DNA of 62,654 bases, filler included, from Choristocarpus tenellus KU-1152 (taxonomy: Eukaryota; Protista; Phaeophyceae): NCBI GenBank assembly GCA_964200185.2. It is 10 parts of 10 records of this genome, joined end to end, with 100 filler letters (N's around TTAATTAATTAA, not from the genome) between each part and the next. Parts side by side here need not be neighbours in the genome. Positions count along the whole stretch, not along the records: positions 23,034 to 29,426 come from CAXNAD020008231.1; positions 29,527 to 36,148 come from CAXNAD020007731.1; positions 36,249 to 38,812 come from CAXNAD020026737.1; positions 38,913 to 42,095 come from CAXNAD020021718.1; 6 more parts are not named here. One strand, written 5' to 3'. The translations under genes and the position numbers were made by a program. The notes under the pieces were generated by a model. It searched no databases, was not told where the DNA came from, and saw only the letters and a program-made list of their open reading frames with translations. Each line of letters opens with the position of its first letter. Within the stretch, counting starts at the first letter, position 1. Below are positions 26,313 to 39,158 of the stretch, piece by piece.

Positions 26313-28870
26313 ATGCAATCCACTGACGCGTCGGCCGACAATGAGGTTTGCGCAATTCTTTCCAGTCCAGTGCAGAAGTATGTCGTGAAACCCCAGGCCC
26401 GACCGGGTGGTGTTGGGGACACTGGTAGACTAGGCCCTCCTTCGCCGCGAGCAAACGGCTCTCATGGCCATTTGGGTATCCTGGGTGTGGGCAGCAGTGG
26501 TGTTATCGTGGGTAGTACTGTTACTAAACCAAGTGGATCATCGGGAGGCAGGGGAGTTGGGAGAGCGCCGAGTCTTGTCAGACCTCCTGGGGCCCCGTCT
26601 CCCCCACGCTCTCCAGTCCTGCCCTCTGCCTCTGGTGGAACATGGGACCCGCAAGACCAGAGAAGTGCTTTCTCTGTTCCAGTTGGAAGGGTTGGGAGGT
26701 TGAACGGCTGTCATGACCAGGGAAGGGAGGAAAATGGCGATAGGGCACCAATTGCTGCTACTTCCGCCTTTGGATCTGTTGACCTTGGGGGATTTCGGGT
26801 TGTAAGGGGGGATGGGCTGGAAGACGATGCTGTTATCAAGGTAAGCACGAACAGTTGAATAGGAATCCTTGAAGATTATATGTCTTCTCTTCTTTGTAGG
26901 TTTTCTAGCGCTCTCTATGGTGTACTGCACATATATGTTTGAAGTTGAGCTACTGTGAGAAGTCTACTTGTAACCAAGTCCAGGTCAGCCTCTTGGGGTG
27001 TATGGAAGGTGTTTTTTTTTGGATGAGCAATGAAGGTTTGTCAGAAATGTTTGGGGGGTGTTTTGAGGTTTTACTGATCTCAAATGAAGTTATTGCTATG
27101 AACCTGATGCTTGTACTTGTACTAAACAGTATGTGTTGAAAATTTACACGTGGGGAACACAATTGATGTCCTGCAGAGCCCTGGCATTGATGTAGCTGTG
27201 GAAGTTAATTTTTTTTTCTGGAGGAAACTTGGTCATATATCAAGGGATGTATTTGTGCCCAAGGTGGCGTTTCAGCAACAAAAATGAGAACATTGGTGAC
27301 TTCATTATTTAGATCTGTACATCAAATACCCCCCCCCCAGCGGAGATTTTTTTTGGATTTTTTTTATTGGCGCTAGAGACCTGCCCCTTCGCACTCAACA
27401 TTTAACCAGCTTGCCGCCCCACACCATTCTATTTGACCTTGCTGATCCTCACATACCTGTTCACAAGTGCCCTTGCTACAATTTGTTTCCCCATTGTTTT
27501 TTGCACTCATGAATATTTCGGTGCCTGGGCAGGGGCAGGGAGGAAAGGGTGTTCCCAACACACAGGATGGGATCGTTAGGGTTGGAGGAGGACGAACGCC
27601 TGGTCCTGCTCGGAAACAACCTTTGGTAAGCTCTGATCATCAGGGACTTGGTCAAGAACAGGGGATGGGGCCAGGTGGTGCGGGTGGGGGCTTGAGACGA
27701 CCTGATCCATCTCAACAGCTTGTCCTGGATGGCAGACCAGGGGAGGACTATGGATACAGCAGCTTCAGGAGTGGGGGATTGGTGCAGCAGGGAGACCTGG
27801 GGGTAGGAGGAGGGTTGGAGGTCTCAGGCGTGACTGTTTCGTCTGAATCATTGCCCTCCACTTGCCCTAACCCTTCCAGCCATGTGCTTACGACCTTGTC
27901 ATCCTCCTCGTCGACCTTGGTTGATGGGACACGTACCTTGCCCGCTGCCAGTACTGGCGAGGACCTGGAAGGCGGAGGGCATGCTGATGGATCGGCGGAC
28001 TGGGGAATAATGAGGTACGGGCTTACGCTGGCAACTCCGGTGTCTGTGCAGGTCGAGGGGCGGGGGCGGGAGTATGGACCCTCGGGGCAGCAGGGGCAGC
28101 CCGTGTCGTCCGCAGAAGATTCGTCCACTGTGGCGTCGATGCTGGACTCACTGAGTCTATCTGATATTACTGCTCAGGCAGGAGGTGCAGGAAGAATGGG
28201 GACTGCTGGTCTGGGGAAGGGGCAAGCGCACGGGCGTGAGGTAGAGCATGGCGTGCCCAATTTTGGATTTTTGAACTCCGGCGGGTTACCTCAGTATCGA
28301 CTTGCTGATGTCCAGTCGCAATTGTTACCGAAAGCCCACGATGTTGCCCCGCAGCCCCAGCAGTCCAAGTCCTATGTTCCGTTGCAGCGGAAACATCACC
28401 CTTTAGAGTTTGCACCTCGCCCTGGCGCCGCCAGGCTGTCGGGCGTTGCTGCTGGGGGAAGTGATCCTGACGCCGGCTATGTTCACCGACACAGGTCGTC
28501 GCGTGAGCAGCAGGGGCAGGGCTTGGGCTGTGCTGAAGGCGATGTCTCTTCTCAAGCAGGTCTGATGGCTGGTACTGGGCTTGGTGCTGGCTCGTTGCGG
28601 TGGCACCATCCACAACGTGGTTCGTCGTTGGGACCAGGACTAGAACCCTCCGGTGCTGTGTCAGGTACCGGTGGAAGGGGTGTTGACGCAGGATTGGAGG
28701 GTAGAGGTATTTCGTCTGGGAGTGGGGAACAGATCAGGAGGCACGGGGGCCATCAGGGCAATGACCAAGGACAGGACCTTGGTCAGGGGGTGAGAGAGGT
28801 CGCGCCATCTCTGGAGGCTCACGAGGACTCTCAGCTGTGCCATCAGCAGCAGAGTAGCTTGCGCCAGCAG
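26313..28870 (+). CDS. Low-complexity Gly/Gln/Ser-rich protein of unknown function, 5' part; exons 26313-26840 and ~27533-28870
   Basis: Two long GC-rich ORFs; donor AAG|gtaagc at 26840 and acceptor cag at 27530-27532 are both phase 0; donor CAG|gtgata at 28870; gene runs off the contig. Confidence 0.7.
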
Positions 28871-28975
28871 GTGATAACGCTGGCACTTTGTAATATATAT
28901 ATTTTTTCTTTTACGTGGTAACGGTGTTCCTGATTACAAACAAAAAAACTGCATATGTGTCGCTTTTTTTTTCTT

Positions 28976-29007
<32 letters not shown>

Positions 29008-29526
29008 TGTTTTTTTTGGGGGGAATTTCCCCACAGGGGAATCCTTCCCCCTGGTGTTTTTGATTTTTCTGAGGGTTTTAGGGTTAGGGTTAGATAGTTT
29101 TGGCTCGAGTGTTTGATGTTTGCAGTGTCGTTGGATTGCGGAGGCATATATATGCGTTCAGCAACGGGGGTATCGCCTCCCTTGTGGAATTGTATTAACG
29201 TTGTATTAACGCCTGTACAATATATATAAAGCACTTTGTGTCCCACCTCGTGCGAGATGGGTGCCAAGTTGGGGGGTACTGTCTTCTCAGGCCTGGAGAA
29301 GCAACAATATATATTTATATATGTACGTATTTTATATTTTTCTGGACGAACTGACCCTCTCCCCCCCCCCCCCCCCCCTGCCCTATTCTCCCCCCCCCAC
29401 CCCCACCATGTTTTCCCATCCTTGAANNNNNNNNNNNNNNNNNNNNNNNNNNNNNNNNNNNNNNNNNNNNTTAATTAATTAANNNNNNNNNNNNNNNNNN
29501 NNNNNNNNNNNNNNNNNNNNNNNNNN

Positions 29527-29594
29527 CAAAAATCGCGACATTGAAAAATTGGCCCCAAATGGACAGCCGACACCCCCCTCAGATACTTTGAGCC
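29527..29594 (-). mobile_element. MITE family 3 terminus at contig start
   Basis: ...GACACCCCCCTCAGATACTTTGAGCC. Confidence 0.8.
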
Positions 29595-29659
29595 GTACAT
29601 ATGTCTGATTTTAAACCATAAGGTACTTTATGATAAGTAGTTTGGGTGGTAGTAATTTG

Positions 29660-29910
29660 GAGCCAGATACATTTAGAGGTAGGCAAGGTTGCATTTTAAT
29701 GATCCCGAGAAAGGGGAAAGAGATAACATCTTGTACAATAGAACGTTGGCGAAATTTTGTGTTACTTTGTGTGTGGAAATGCGGAATGACAATTTTGCGT
29801 ACACTATTGTGTACATGAAGCAACGAAATAGGGTGTTCAGTACAGGGTAAGAAAGATGGTATAGAATGCGAAAAGACCCAAACCTACCTACTTCTCAATT
29901 ACTTTGGCCT
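29660..29910 (+). mobile_element. MITE family 2 copy
   Basis: GAGCCAGATAC..GAGGTAGGCAAGGTTGCATTTTAA...AACCTACCTAC..TACTTTGGCC. Confidence 0.65.
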
Positions 29911-31619
29911 TGAAGTGAGTCTAGATTCAAGTATCAGACTATGATCTGGAATTATTGGGGATTGTGATGTGAGGGTCGAGGATGTAAATTAGTCACCGAC
30001 CGATGTTTTACTTGCGACTTAGAACAGGATAAGCGTGGAAAGACTGAGGAAGATTATTTTAATTCAATAGTTTAAATGAGACGTTTCGTGTTGATTATAA
30101 GAAACATAAAGCGATAAATTGTAGCATGTTCCATAAGGTGCTCCATTCGTCTCCCCGTCAACCTCTCCTGTCTCGTCTATCCTAAACCGACTTTATACAC
30201 AACCGATTCCTCTCTCTCCCTCTCTCTCTGTCTGTCTCTCTTAAAAACGCACAGCGCGAGGAAGGGAGAGATTATGTCATTGATGACCATCACCCTGGAC
30301 TTTTACGGTTACTGGACACTGGTGGTGACGATAGTACAAACACCAGCTTCCACCAATCACAAGTCCGGGAAGAAAGGAAAACACATGCTCCATGTCTCAT
30401 CCACGCAAATGGTGGCGCCAAGAATAAGTTTAAGTCTATTTCGGAGCGCCTACTTTCCCATGGTTGGCCATTGCCGACTAAGAAAGTTGATCCTGTACTC
30501 ATCCCCTTCACAACAATATCAGAAATATAGAAAAGGTGTAGAGAAGGGAGTGGATGTGACCCGTTCAACAATAGAGAGGAGTCGCTGGAATTAGAACACC
30601 AATCTATGAAGTGCTTCTTCGTTTTTATCTGGGGGATGAGATCCAATAGGTGTCTCTGCTTTCAATGTACTGAGAGGTCTCAATCAGTCCAAACGTGCTC
30701 TCCGTTTGACTCCAATGTCGTTACCTACATATGTGTGCTGATTTGGGATGACCTACCCAATCACTTATCGTGCTATTTCACTGCCAAGTGCTTCTTTTCT
30801 TGCTATAGTGCACTCTCAAGTTTTTGGACTTTTGTGTGGAGGACAGTAAGTGCAGTACATAATGACAAGACATATTTTGGGGAATGTGATTGTGTATTTG
30901 ACCACTGTAGTAAGTGTATTTTCGTGGAAACGAATGAATTAAGGGAGGAAGGTATCAAGGCGGAAAAAATTGTTTGATATCTCGTTCATCTGCTGAGAGG
31001 TGACATAACACCTAAACATCGTACACTTTGACCTTTATTTTATCAAGTATAGCTGTGCCAGCGTATTATGGCTACCATCACCTCACTGCAGCCTTGGATA
31101 ACCAGTTCTGACAACATTGCATTGTGTGGTATGGTTGATTGATCTAATGTATTGTTGTTCTTAACATCACACTAAGCTGATGGGTTCTAAATTGTGGTTG
31201 AAAAGGTGGTCCAAAAAAGGCAATACATAGTCCTTGAGAATTACAAGTACCCTAGAAGGAAACAGGAAAGACAGTACAAGAAGAAAGAAAAAGGCGAAGA
31301 AAATAAAAAGAAACGTCAGGTGCATGCACCAACACCAACGAAAAACTCGAGTCATATCAGGTTCATTAAAGCCGTGAAATCGTATATCATCACATGTAAC
31401 ATAGAGGAAAACAGAAGGGAAAGGAAGGACCAAGAAAAATGCATCCATCCAAAAAGAAAGAACACATTGAAGAAGCAGTATTCGGCAGACGAACAGTGGC
31501 CGTCGTAGTTGTTGTTTAGTTCAGCATGGTATTCATCGGCTATCACAGTTTCCTTGTTGTGCCAGCAGCCACACTTTGTGCCACTTCTATTGGTTAGTTG
31601 CCTTGTTCTCCATCCCTCA

Positions 31620-32100
31620 ACTGGGAATTATCCCAAACTTCGCAAGGGTATTTTGTAGGCAATAGTACAGCATGAGAAAGCGAACTAATCTGTCCCCAAC
31701 CTGTGCAGTTGTGTTGAATGTTCCCTTCTTAGGGGGTCCTGACTCAACTGTATCAACAAACTATATACTTTGTCGTGTGGTCTCTAAACAATTTTCTATT
31801 CCTGAGGAAAACATTATCAACCTGTCAGAGGTCAGAGAACCGCACAACCTAGTGCAGTCGTCGTAAGGTGTCACTACCCACAACTCACTACACATTCATG
31901 GGTCCGGATCTGCGTGATACCAAAGACAAAAATTTCTTGCCTTCAGCACTACCTGTGACTTGGCAAACTGCCCTCGTTTCGCACGCGTCACCTCGTGGGC
32001 CAACTTGAGTCAGTCGAAAATTTTCTAACAGGTGAGCAGTTTTATTCAAACCCTAAACTCTTCTGGTTCACAACTGTAGGACTGACATCTGAATTGATCC
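31620..32100 (-). mobile_element. Copia integrase remnant
   Basis: LSLVSRRSGPMNV followed by DDCTR, resembling LELVHTDL.GPM...VDD.TR. Confidence 0.55.
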
Positions 32101-32381
32101 TGAGATTTGTGCCAACCTCCTAGCTTTGGTCGGGCTGCTGAAAAATATGTTGCCTTATCATTATTAGGTTTGTTGCCTTGACAACGATAATTTTTGTTCT
32201 AGTTATAGTTCGACGTAGAATTTATTATATCATTGATGTCTTTACTACAGTCTGGTGAGGTTTATGCCAACCCATACAAACTGCACTGTTTATTATACCT
32301 CTCACACTAACTCTTATCAACAGTTGCATTACAACTATTAATTGTTGTAATACGTCCGTTCATGCCTTGCTTCTCACATCT

Positions 32382-32570
32382 GAGTCAAACCAACTGAGAG
32401 GAAGGTAGGGTTGCATTTGAAGGATTCCGAGAAAGGGTAAAAATATGAGATTTTTTACAAGGGCATAAAGAGTCTTTGGTGAGTTGGAAAGGGGGGACAT
32501 CACTATTGCGTATCGGTCGTTTCGGCGATATAGCAGCTGATAGAATAGTGCACATAGTGCTTTCAAGATT
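32382..32570 (+). mobile_element. MITE family 2, partial or degenerate copy
   Basis: GAGTCAAACCAACTGAGAGGAAGGTAGGGTTGCATTTGAAGGATTCCGAGAAAGGG. Confidence 0.6.
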
Positions 32571-32661
32571 GACTTCAGAAAAACGAATCGAGTTTTACAT
32601 TGAACAACTATGCGAAGAGTTGAACAAACATTGAGAATGGAAAAAATTAATCAATTTTCAA

Positions 32662-32735
32662 GCTCGAGTGGCCCAGTGGTTAAGGCGCCTCTCTTGTAAA
32701 GAGGAGATTCGCGAGTTCAAATCTCGCCTCGAGCT
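32662..32735 (+). tRNA. tRNA-Thr(UGU)
   Basis: Acceptor stem GCTCGAG/CTCGAGC; D-loop AGTGGTTAA; anticodon stem CCTCT/AGAGG with loop CT-TGT-AA; T-arm GCGAG-TTCAAAT-CTCGC; ends in a TTTT run. Confidence 0.96.
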
Positions 32736-35700
32736 TTTGATGAACCGCGTTTTTCGTTGTTTATTCTCAAGATATTTGGTATTGTTGTGCGACCTGATTT
32801 TGTGGTATATGGGGTCATTGAGAACCACCAGAGATTAGGTTGAGGCATGCTGGGCGTAACTTGAAAGGTTCAGAGTAGCATTTTGATCAATCTCAACATT
32901 GTGATCGGTTACCTCAGTCAGAACAGAAACACAATTTCGTGTTTTTGTGGTTTTAATCAAACGTTCATGTCGGGGCTACCGCGAGTCGGTCGTGCATCTG
33001 ACCTATACAACATCACCTTACCCCAACAACAAAAGGTGGTCCGAGGAAATGCATATTACTGCGCGCATTATCCACATTTGTGTCGGCAGATCCCAATAAA
33101 GGAGACCTCTCCTTAACTATACTACTAATAGTAGGACACTCCTCTCGCAGTGGTTATGGAACCCGTTACCTGTATGAATTTCTCGGGTGTTACAGCTCAA
33201 ATTACGGTTGGTTAGGGGAAATGTGGATGGTCTATACTGCAACCCTATTGTTTGAAATCTACCACCAACCGTTGGGCAACTGTGGAGATATTATTAAACG
33301 TGCACAACCATCAGAATTCCCCAACCGTATCGTGGTGACTGTGGGGGCCATTCACGTGGAAAATATGATTACGCCCTCTGACATTTTGGATGTGTTAGGG
33401 GGCCCCGGGAAACCAAGACTAAAAACTACATGACAAGGACTACTTCTGTAGATACAACAGTTATCGCCAATGCTGAAGTCACCACCCTGAACGCATGACG
33501 CGTGTCGAGAGAGTGACTTGTGCAATGACGGACACTACCTCTCATCATATCTTTCTCAAACGATACTTGACAGCCCCTCTCCTACAATACCCCCCAGCCC
33601 CTCTCCCCCCTATATATGCATGGGTGGCCAATCCAACAAACCCTTTCCTTGCTTAGAAAGGCACCCCAAATCTTCTGCCATGGTGGTGAGATTAAGATGG
33701 TGGCACTTTGGATATAAAATACAAAATAACGCAATATCAGCAACTAGTGTGAATCGTATGTCGTATGATTCTACGACGGTGTGGCTTAACTAGGCAAGGT
33801 GGTGAAGAGAGTAACACTTGTTCTTTGTTCTTGAGTGGCATAACTCCCCCAACATGATGTAATGGCATTACAGTCACCTCGCGTTTTGAGATTTGAGCCA
33901 CTAACATCGTACGTCCTAGAGTCTACTTGGAATATTGTAGTCGTTGTGAGCAATATGTCCAAATATTTCTGTATTTGAAGGAGAAGTGTGCACACATCGT
34001 CTTTTGATCTCGTCGCCTGCTGTGTCGATTCTTGGTCACGTACACACGCTTGTGTTTTCACACATCGGAGTGTTGATCAAATATCATCGTGTAACACCCA
34101 TTTAGCAACGTCAGATCAAAATAGTTATCATCAGATTCTCAAATCAACACTGTGTGGGACGAAAAGTTTACTGATTATACGATCCAACTATTGCACGATA
34201 GACTGCAATTATTTCATGACATTGTGAGATCTGTTCCACTCTTTTGTGAAGGTCAAAAGAGGGTTCATAGTCACAATCACGAAGGTGATAGATCGCATTT
34301 GTGGACAAACGACGACCAGGACCAAGATCTATGTCCAACAATGCTATCAAGAGTGTACTGGCCAATACCTGGTGGAGAGATTTGATGGTCTTCATCTGGC
34401 AAAGGTTACAGTTTTCCCATAAACAAAGAAATCTAGTTGATTCAAGTCTGGTATACGAGGTTGGACTTGAGGATCCTAACGTTTCATTCTACCCATATGG
34501 ACACCAAATAAACGTGAATTTCCAGGTAAAATACGATTTCCTGTCAAAATAGAACAATCGAAAGGTGTACCCTGTTTTGTGTATGTGATATTATGACATT
34601 GTGGATTGAGTCCATCCATGTGATGTAACTGATGAGATAGTACATCTGGATTATGTATGGGGGTTGGTATTGTAAGTATTTTGAACTTCTCTAACATAAC
34701 CGTTGACATACATCTGAGACACTTGTACAAATAATAATATACAGGCGATAAGAAGACACAAAGTCACTCTTCTTTTCAACTGTGCGATCGTGTTCAGTAA
34801 TGGGGGATCGCTTGAGGCTCCCATCTCTTTCTTCTCTCTTCTTCCATACTGCAAAAAGCAGTCTAAACCTGCACACCCTCCAAGGGTGAAGTAACTTCGA
34901 ATTCGGACCATCAGTACTCTCACGTGGCCTATGGATCAGAACTTGAGCATGAGGTACGAAAACGGGGAACACGAGAAGTTGGTTGGCATGTTGGTGATGT
35001 TTAACGTGTTCATGGAGTTCATGGCGTGCCAACTCAAACGCAAGCTGGAACTTCTCTTTTGGTTTGCTGAGTAGACTCTTCAGAAATAATATCTGAATCA
35101 GCATTAGAGGAACCAATGGATATTATCAACAAGAAAAATACCTTGTCTTCCAAACAAAAGGAAAAATGGGGTTAATGTAATATGGCTCTGAAAGGTGCGC
35201 ATGGATAACTGTACGAAAGACATAACGATACCTAGTTATTCTCAGAAACAGAGATATGCATTGATAGCATAAAATGCAACGTAGCATGCACTCTCTCTAA
35301 CACAGAAAGGGTTATACGGTATGCTTTTGGTTTTGTTGCAACCAAAGCGTTACTTTTTCAAATTCGGTTCATTGATTGGAGTGTATCAAGTAGGGTGCAC
35401 CGAAAATTGAAATACACGTTCTACCAGCTTACAGGCAATTGTTGTGGCCTCTTTGTTTGGAACAGGGCACAGCACAATATGACGAGTGAGGTGATAAATT
35501 GTAGACAACACGTACGAGCACTCACACCATTTTCTCCTGGGGAACCTGTTTTTGTACTCTACCCAAACAATAGCAACGCGTTGAAATGGTTTGTCAACGC
35601 ATATGGCCAGTGGGAGGCGTAGCTTTATTGTGAGCAGTCTTATGCGTTTGGCATTCCTGAAATCACGTCATCATGTGCGAAGGGCACCAATACGAGTCTC

Positions 35701-38017
35701 TAACCTCATCAAATGTGGGTTTGAAACCTATGTGGCCTCCAGACAATTGCATGATCATGACAACCAGACTACAAGGCGAACTATCGAGCGAGAAATGAGC
35801 AACTGGTCTTTAAACGTGTTCCTCTTACGAAGATAGCCTGGTAGTACGAACGATACAGTAATCCATTACAGAGGGGAAAATGCGACATAGACGTTGGTCG
35901 ATTCGTTATCAGGTGGTGGGGCGACGATGACGGACTCCAAATACCTGAAATACTTTCCGAACTCGGACTGATACTTCTTGCGCAATTGCTCCGGATCCTC
36001 CGTAGGAAACACAGTAGTGGAACTAATGAATAGTTCACGATCGCTTTGGACGGGCATTGTTCGGTCAAGTTTAGTAGCAGATAATGTTAAAGTATCCCCA
36101 AAATCATCAAAGAGGATAAAGGTGATAAACCCGGCGAGATTGCTTGGTNNNNNNNNNNNNNNNNNNNNNNNNNNNNNNNNNNNNNNNNNNNNTTAATTAA
36201 TTAANNNNNNNNNNNNNNNNNNNNNNNNNNNNNNNNNNNNNNNNNNNNCCATTTTGGGTCAAACTCATCCTCCATAGTATGCTCCATCCTCAATTTTGGT
36301 GATCGGCTGTTGTATGAAGCAATGAGATAACATCATATTGAACAGGGTAAGAAAAATGACTTAGAACGCAAAGGGGTTCAGGGTCCAAACCTGCTTTACC
36401 TCTCGATCGGCTTGACCCTTGAATGAATTTGTCATTGTAAATAGTCTGTACTAGGTGGGATAGGAGGCTACTGATGATGCAGGGGGTGACAAGCAAGAAA
36501 TATCAAGTAGGCAAACAATACCGATACTGACATTGCTTTATTTGGTCTAATGACTGCTAACAGACAAAGCTAGTCAAATGAATGCCAAGAATTTGAACAA
36601 AACTTTGGTCTCAGTGACACTATTCTTAATGTTGGTTGAAGCAGTTGAAGGGGTCTTATCTGGTTGCTGCAACTCTTGCCTAACACTGGACATCCATGAT
36701 GAATGTAGATGTTTTGCTGGATTTGCCGATGCCTCTGAGCGCTTTTAAGAGTGGCACATATCAACACACAAATATGTCATCACAAGTCTCATCTCACCAA
36801 CCATTTAAGTCACTTCATGCACTTGATTTCAGGATGTAGATGCTGGCATTCTTACAAGCGCCATTGCACACTCAATCCTATAACATATTGTCTCTATACA
36901 TCTATTTCCAACTAAAATGCATTCCCATGCAGATATTTACACCCCAAGAATTGAGGGCCTAAACTCCCCAATGTCCACTGTCTATGTAATTGTGAAAGCA
37001 CTGAGGGTGTCACTCTTCTGGATTCCTGTTCAACCACTGCAGAGCGGGACGAAGGGCCAGTATTGAAACACCTCTTAACATGTCCCTCACCAGCACAAAT
37101 GGGCAGCATCAAGTTGCAGCTTCAAGACACAGGGCTACTGATCAACAAATGATGACCTTGCAGTCAATCTCCTACCCCAACGGAATATGTATGTGTCGAA
37201 ATGCAAGGACTCTGGGCCCTTTCCTGGGTGGGGGCTTCACAAAATGGGCACCAACAGCAACCAAATATCAGGGTCTACCTTCCCAACTTCAAAACCCCTA
37301 TCCCAGTTCTAAAATAGTTACGCCATCATATCTATATTAAAACCTGATCGATCTGCCCTAGAGTGTTTCTCAGGGTGACTTAGTGCGATGGGCACATTCA
37401 GACAACTTGAAGTGTAACTGATTGCTGGGGGAAGGGGCAACTAAGGGCTCATGTGTTGGGGGGGGGGCAACGTCCACTAGATTCCTTTCAACCCTCCGGA
37501 TCTTGATCTCTGATGAATCAGAACACGAAGTAAGGGGTGCTACTGATGGGGTGGCTTGGTATGCACCATCCACCGATCAGTGTTTAACCTCAACACCTGA
37601 CCAACCCTCCAAATCAATCAACCAACTTCTTTGAAGTAAAAAAAAAAAAGGTTCACACCCCCAAGAACAAAAAAAAAAAGAAAGAAAAAGAAGTTGTTTC
37701 CATACACCTAACAAGCTACTTGACACAGCTGTGGGGGATAACAGAATGATAAGAACAACATGCTCCATTTAGGCCCCTCCGGTTGTCTGAACAGGCTCCC
37801 ATTATTGCATCGTTGAAATGACACTGGCCACAGCATAATCTCATGGTCGCAAATTACCTTGTTGCCTGTAAGAGAGCAGTGTTAACTGAGAAGAGATGGT
37901 GATTTTACACAAAGATTCACACCACCACCACCACCAGAAAATCGGTACCTGATCAAAATGCTTAAATGTTTATTTTTTGAAAACATGAGCGGGTTCAGTT
38001 TTTCAAGCCCAATAATC

Positions 38018-38373
38018 TCACGCCTGCCTTCCAAGGGAAGCCTCCTTCACCCTGGGGTCAAGCTTCCAGCTGTTGGGCTCCTCCCCATTTAGCTCATAGA
38101 TGACTCTTTCCAACAATCGGAATCTTTTTTTGGTGCATATTCCATGGACGGGACAGGGAAGGGACAGCGAAGGGTGACCGGGGATTTTTATAAACAAATG
38201 TAACAGAAACGAGACCCAGTAAGAAAAACTTGTTTTCTTGTAGTGGAATGAAGCCATTTTTTTTTTCACCATTTTCGAACACATCTTTGCCCAATTCAGA
38301 CAGAATATCTGACACAAAACTAGCTCAGACAGATTTTTTGTCATAGCCAGGCGCAATGACACTAACTCCATCC

Positions 38374-38412
<39 letters not shown>

Positions 38413-38609
38413 ACAAAATTCCTGGACAACCCCCCCCACCTCCCCCTTTCCCCCACTCGGTTGCAAAGACCGCTGACAATGCAGTAGCTGTGTTCGAAGG
38501 GTGTGGAGTGATGCATGCCATGTACTCGTCTGCTGATGAGCAGTCCAGCATCCTGCAGCGCCACCACTAAGGGGGGAGGGGCAGTCATGTGCGAATAGCG
38601 GTGGAATTC
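38018..38609 (-). CDS. FAD4 / TMEM189 (Kua)-type lipid desaturase, 3' exons (38609-38457 and ~38123-38018)
   Basis: QEFHRYSH..LQDAGLLISRRVHGMHH..PFEHSYCIVSGLCN His-boxes; terminal RLLERVIYELNGEEPNSWKLDP; phase between the two exons not resolved. Confidence 0.88.
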
Positions 38610-38723
38610 CTGTGTCCAAATAGCCAACAAAAAAGAAACGACAACGGATTGCAGCAGTAAAGATCCGTAACGATCAGGTGCACATGTTTCAATCAACAGA
38701 TTGGGAACTTGGGGTTGCGAAAA

Positions 38724-38812
38724 TGACTCAAAGTATCTAGGGGGGGGGGAGGGGTGGGAGCCGGCCAATTGGGGTCCGTTTTTTCCTTGCCCGGTTTTTT
38801 GGGGGTTTTGTT
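38724..38812 (+). mobile_element. MITE family 3-like terminus at contig end
   Basis: GACTCAAAGTATCTAGGGGGG...; similar ends at 42050-42095 and 53104-53122. Confidence 0.65.
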
Positions 38813-39158
38813 NNNNNNNNNNNNNNNNNNNNNNNNNNNNNNNNNNNNNNNNNNNNTTAATTAATTAANNNNNNNNNNNNNNNNNNNNNNNNNNNNNNNN
38901 NNNNNNNNNNNNGTGTTTGCTGATACGGGGGGTGGGGGGGGGTGGGAGGCAGGGCGATTTTGGATGAATGCTGAAGTCCTTTTCATTGGGCATTGGCCGG
39001 AAATTGTCGGCATCTGAGAGAGCGAGCTTCAAGTATTAACAGTGCAAGATCTGAGAACAAAATCTAAACGCCGGTCTTGCTGCCGAGGCGCCCTGCCCTA
39101 CTCACTTGCTCTGTTGTCGTCCTCTGCCCTGATGTTGCTTAACCCTTGGTGTTCGTAG

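Noticed and set aside
25726-26454. 242-aa minus-strand ORF
   Set aside because: No recognisable motif; it overlaps the 5' region of the better-supported plus-strand gene.
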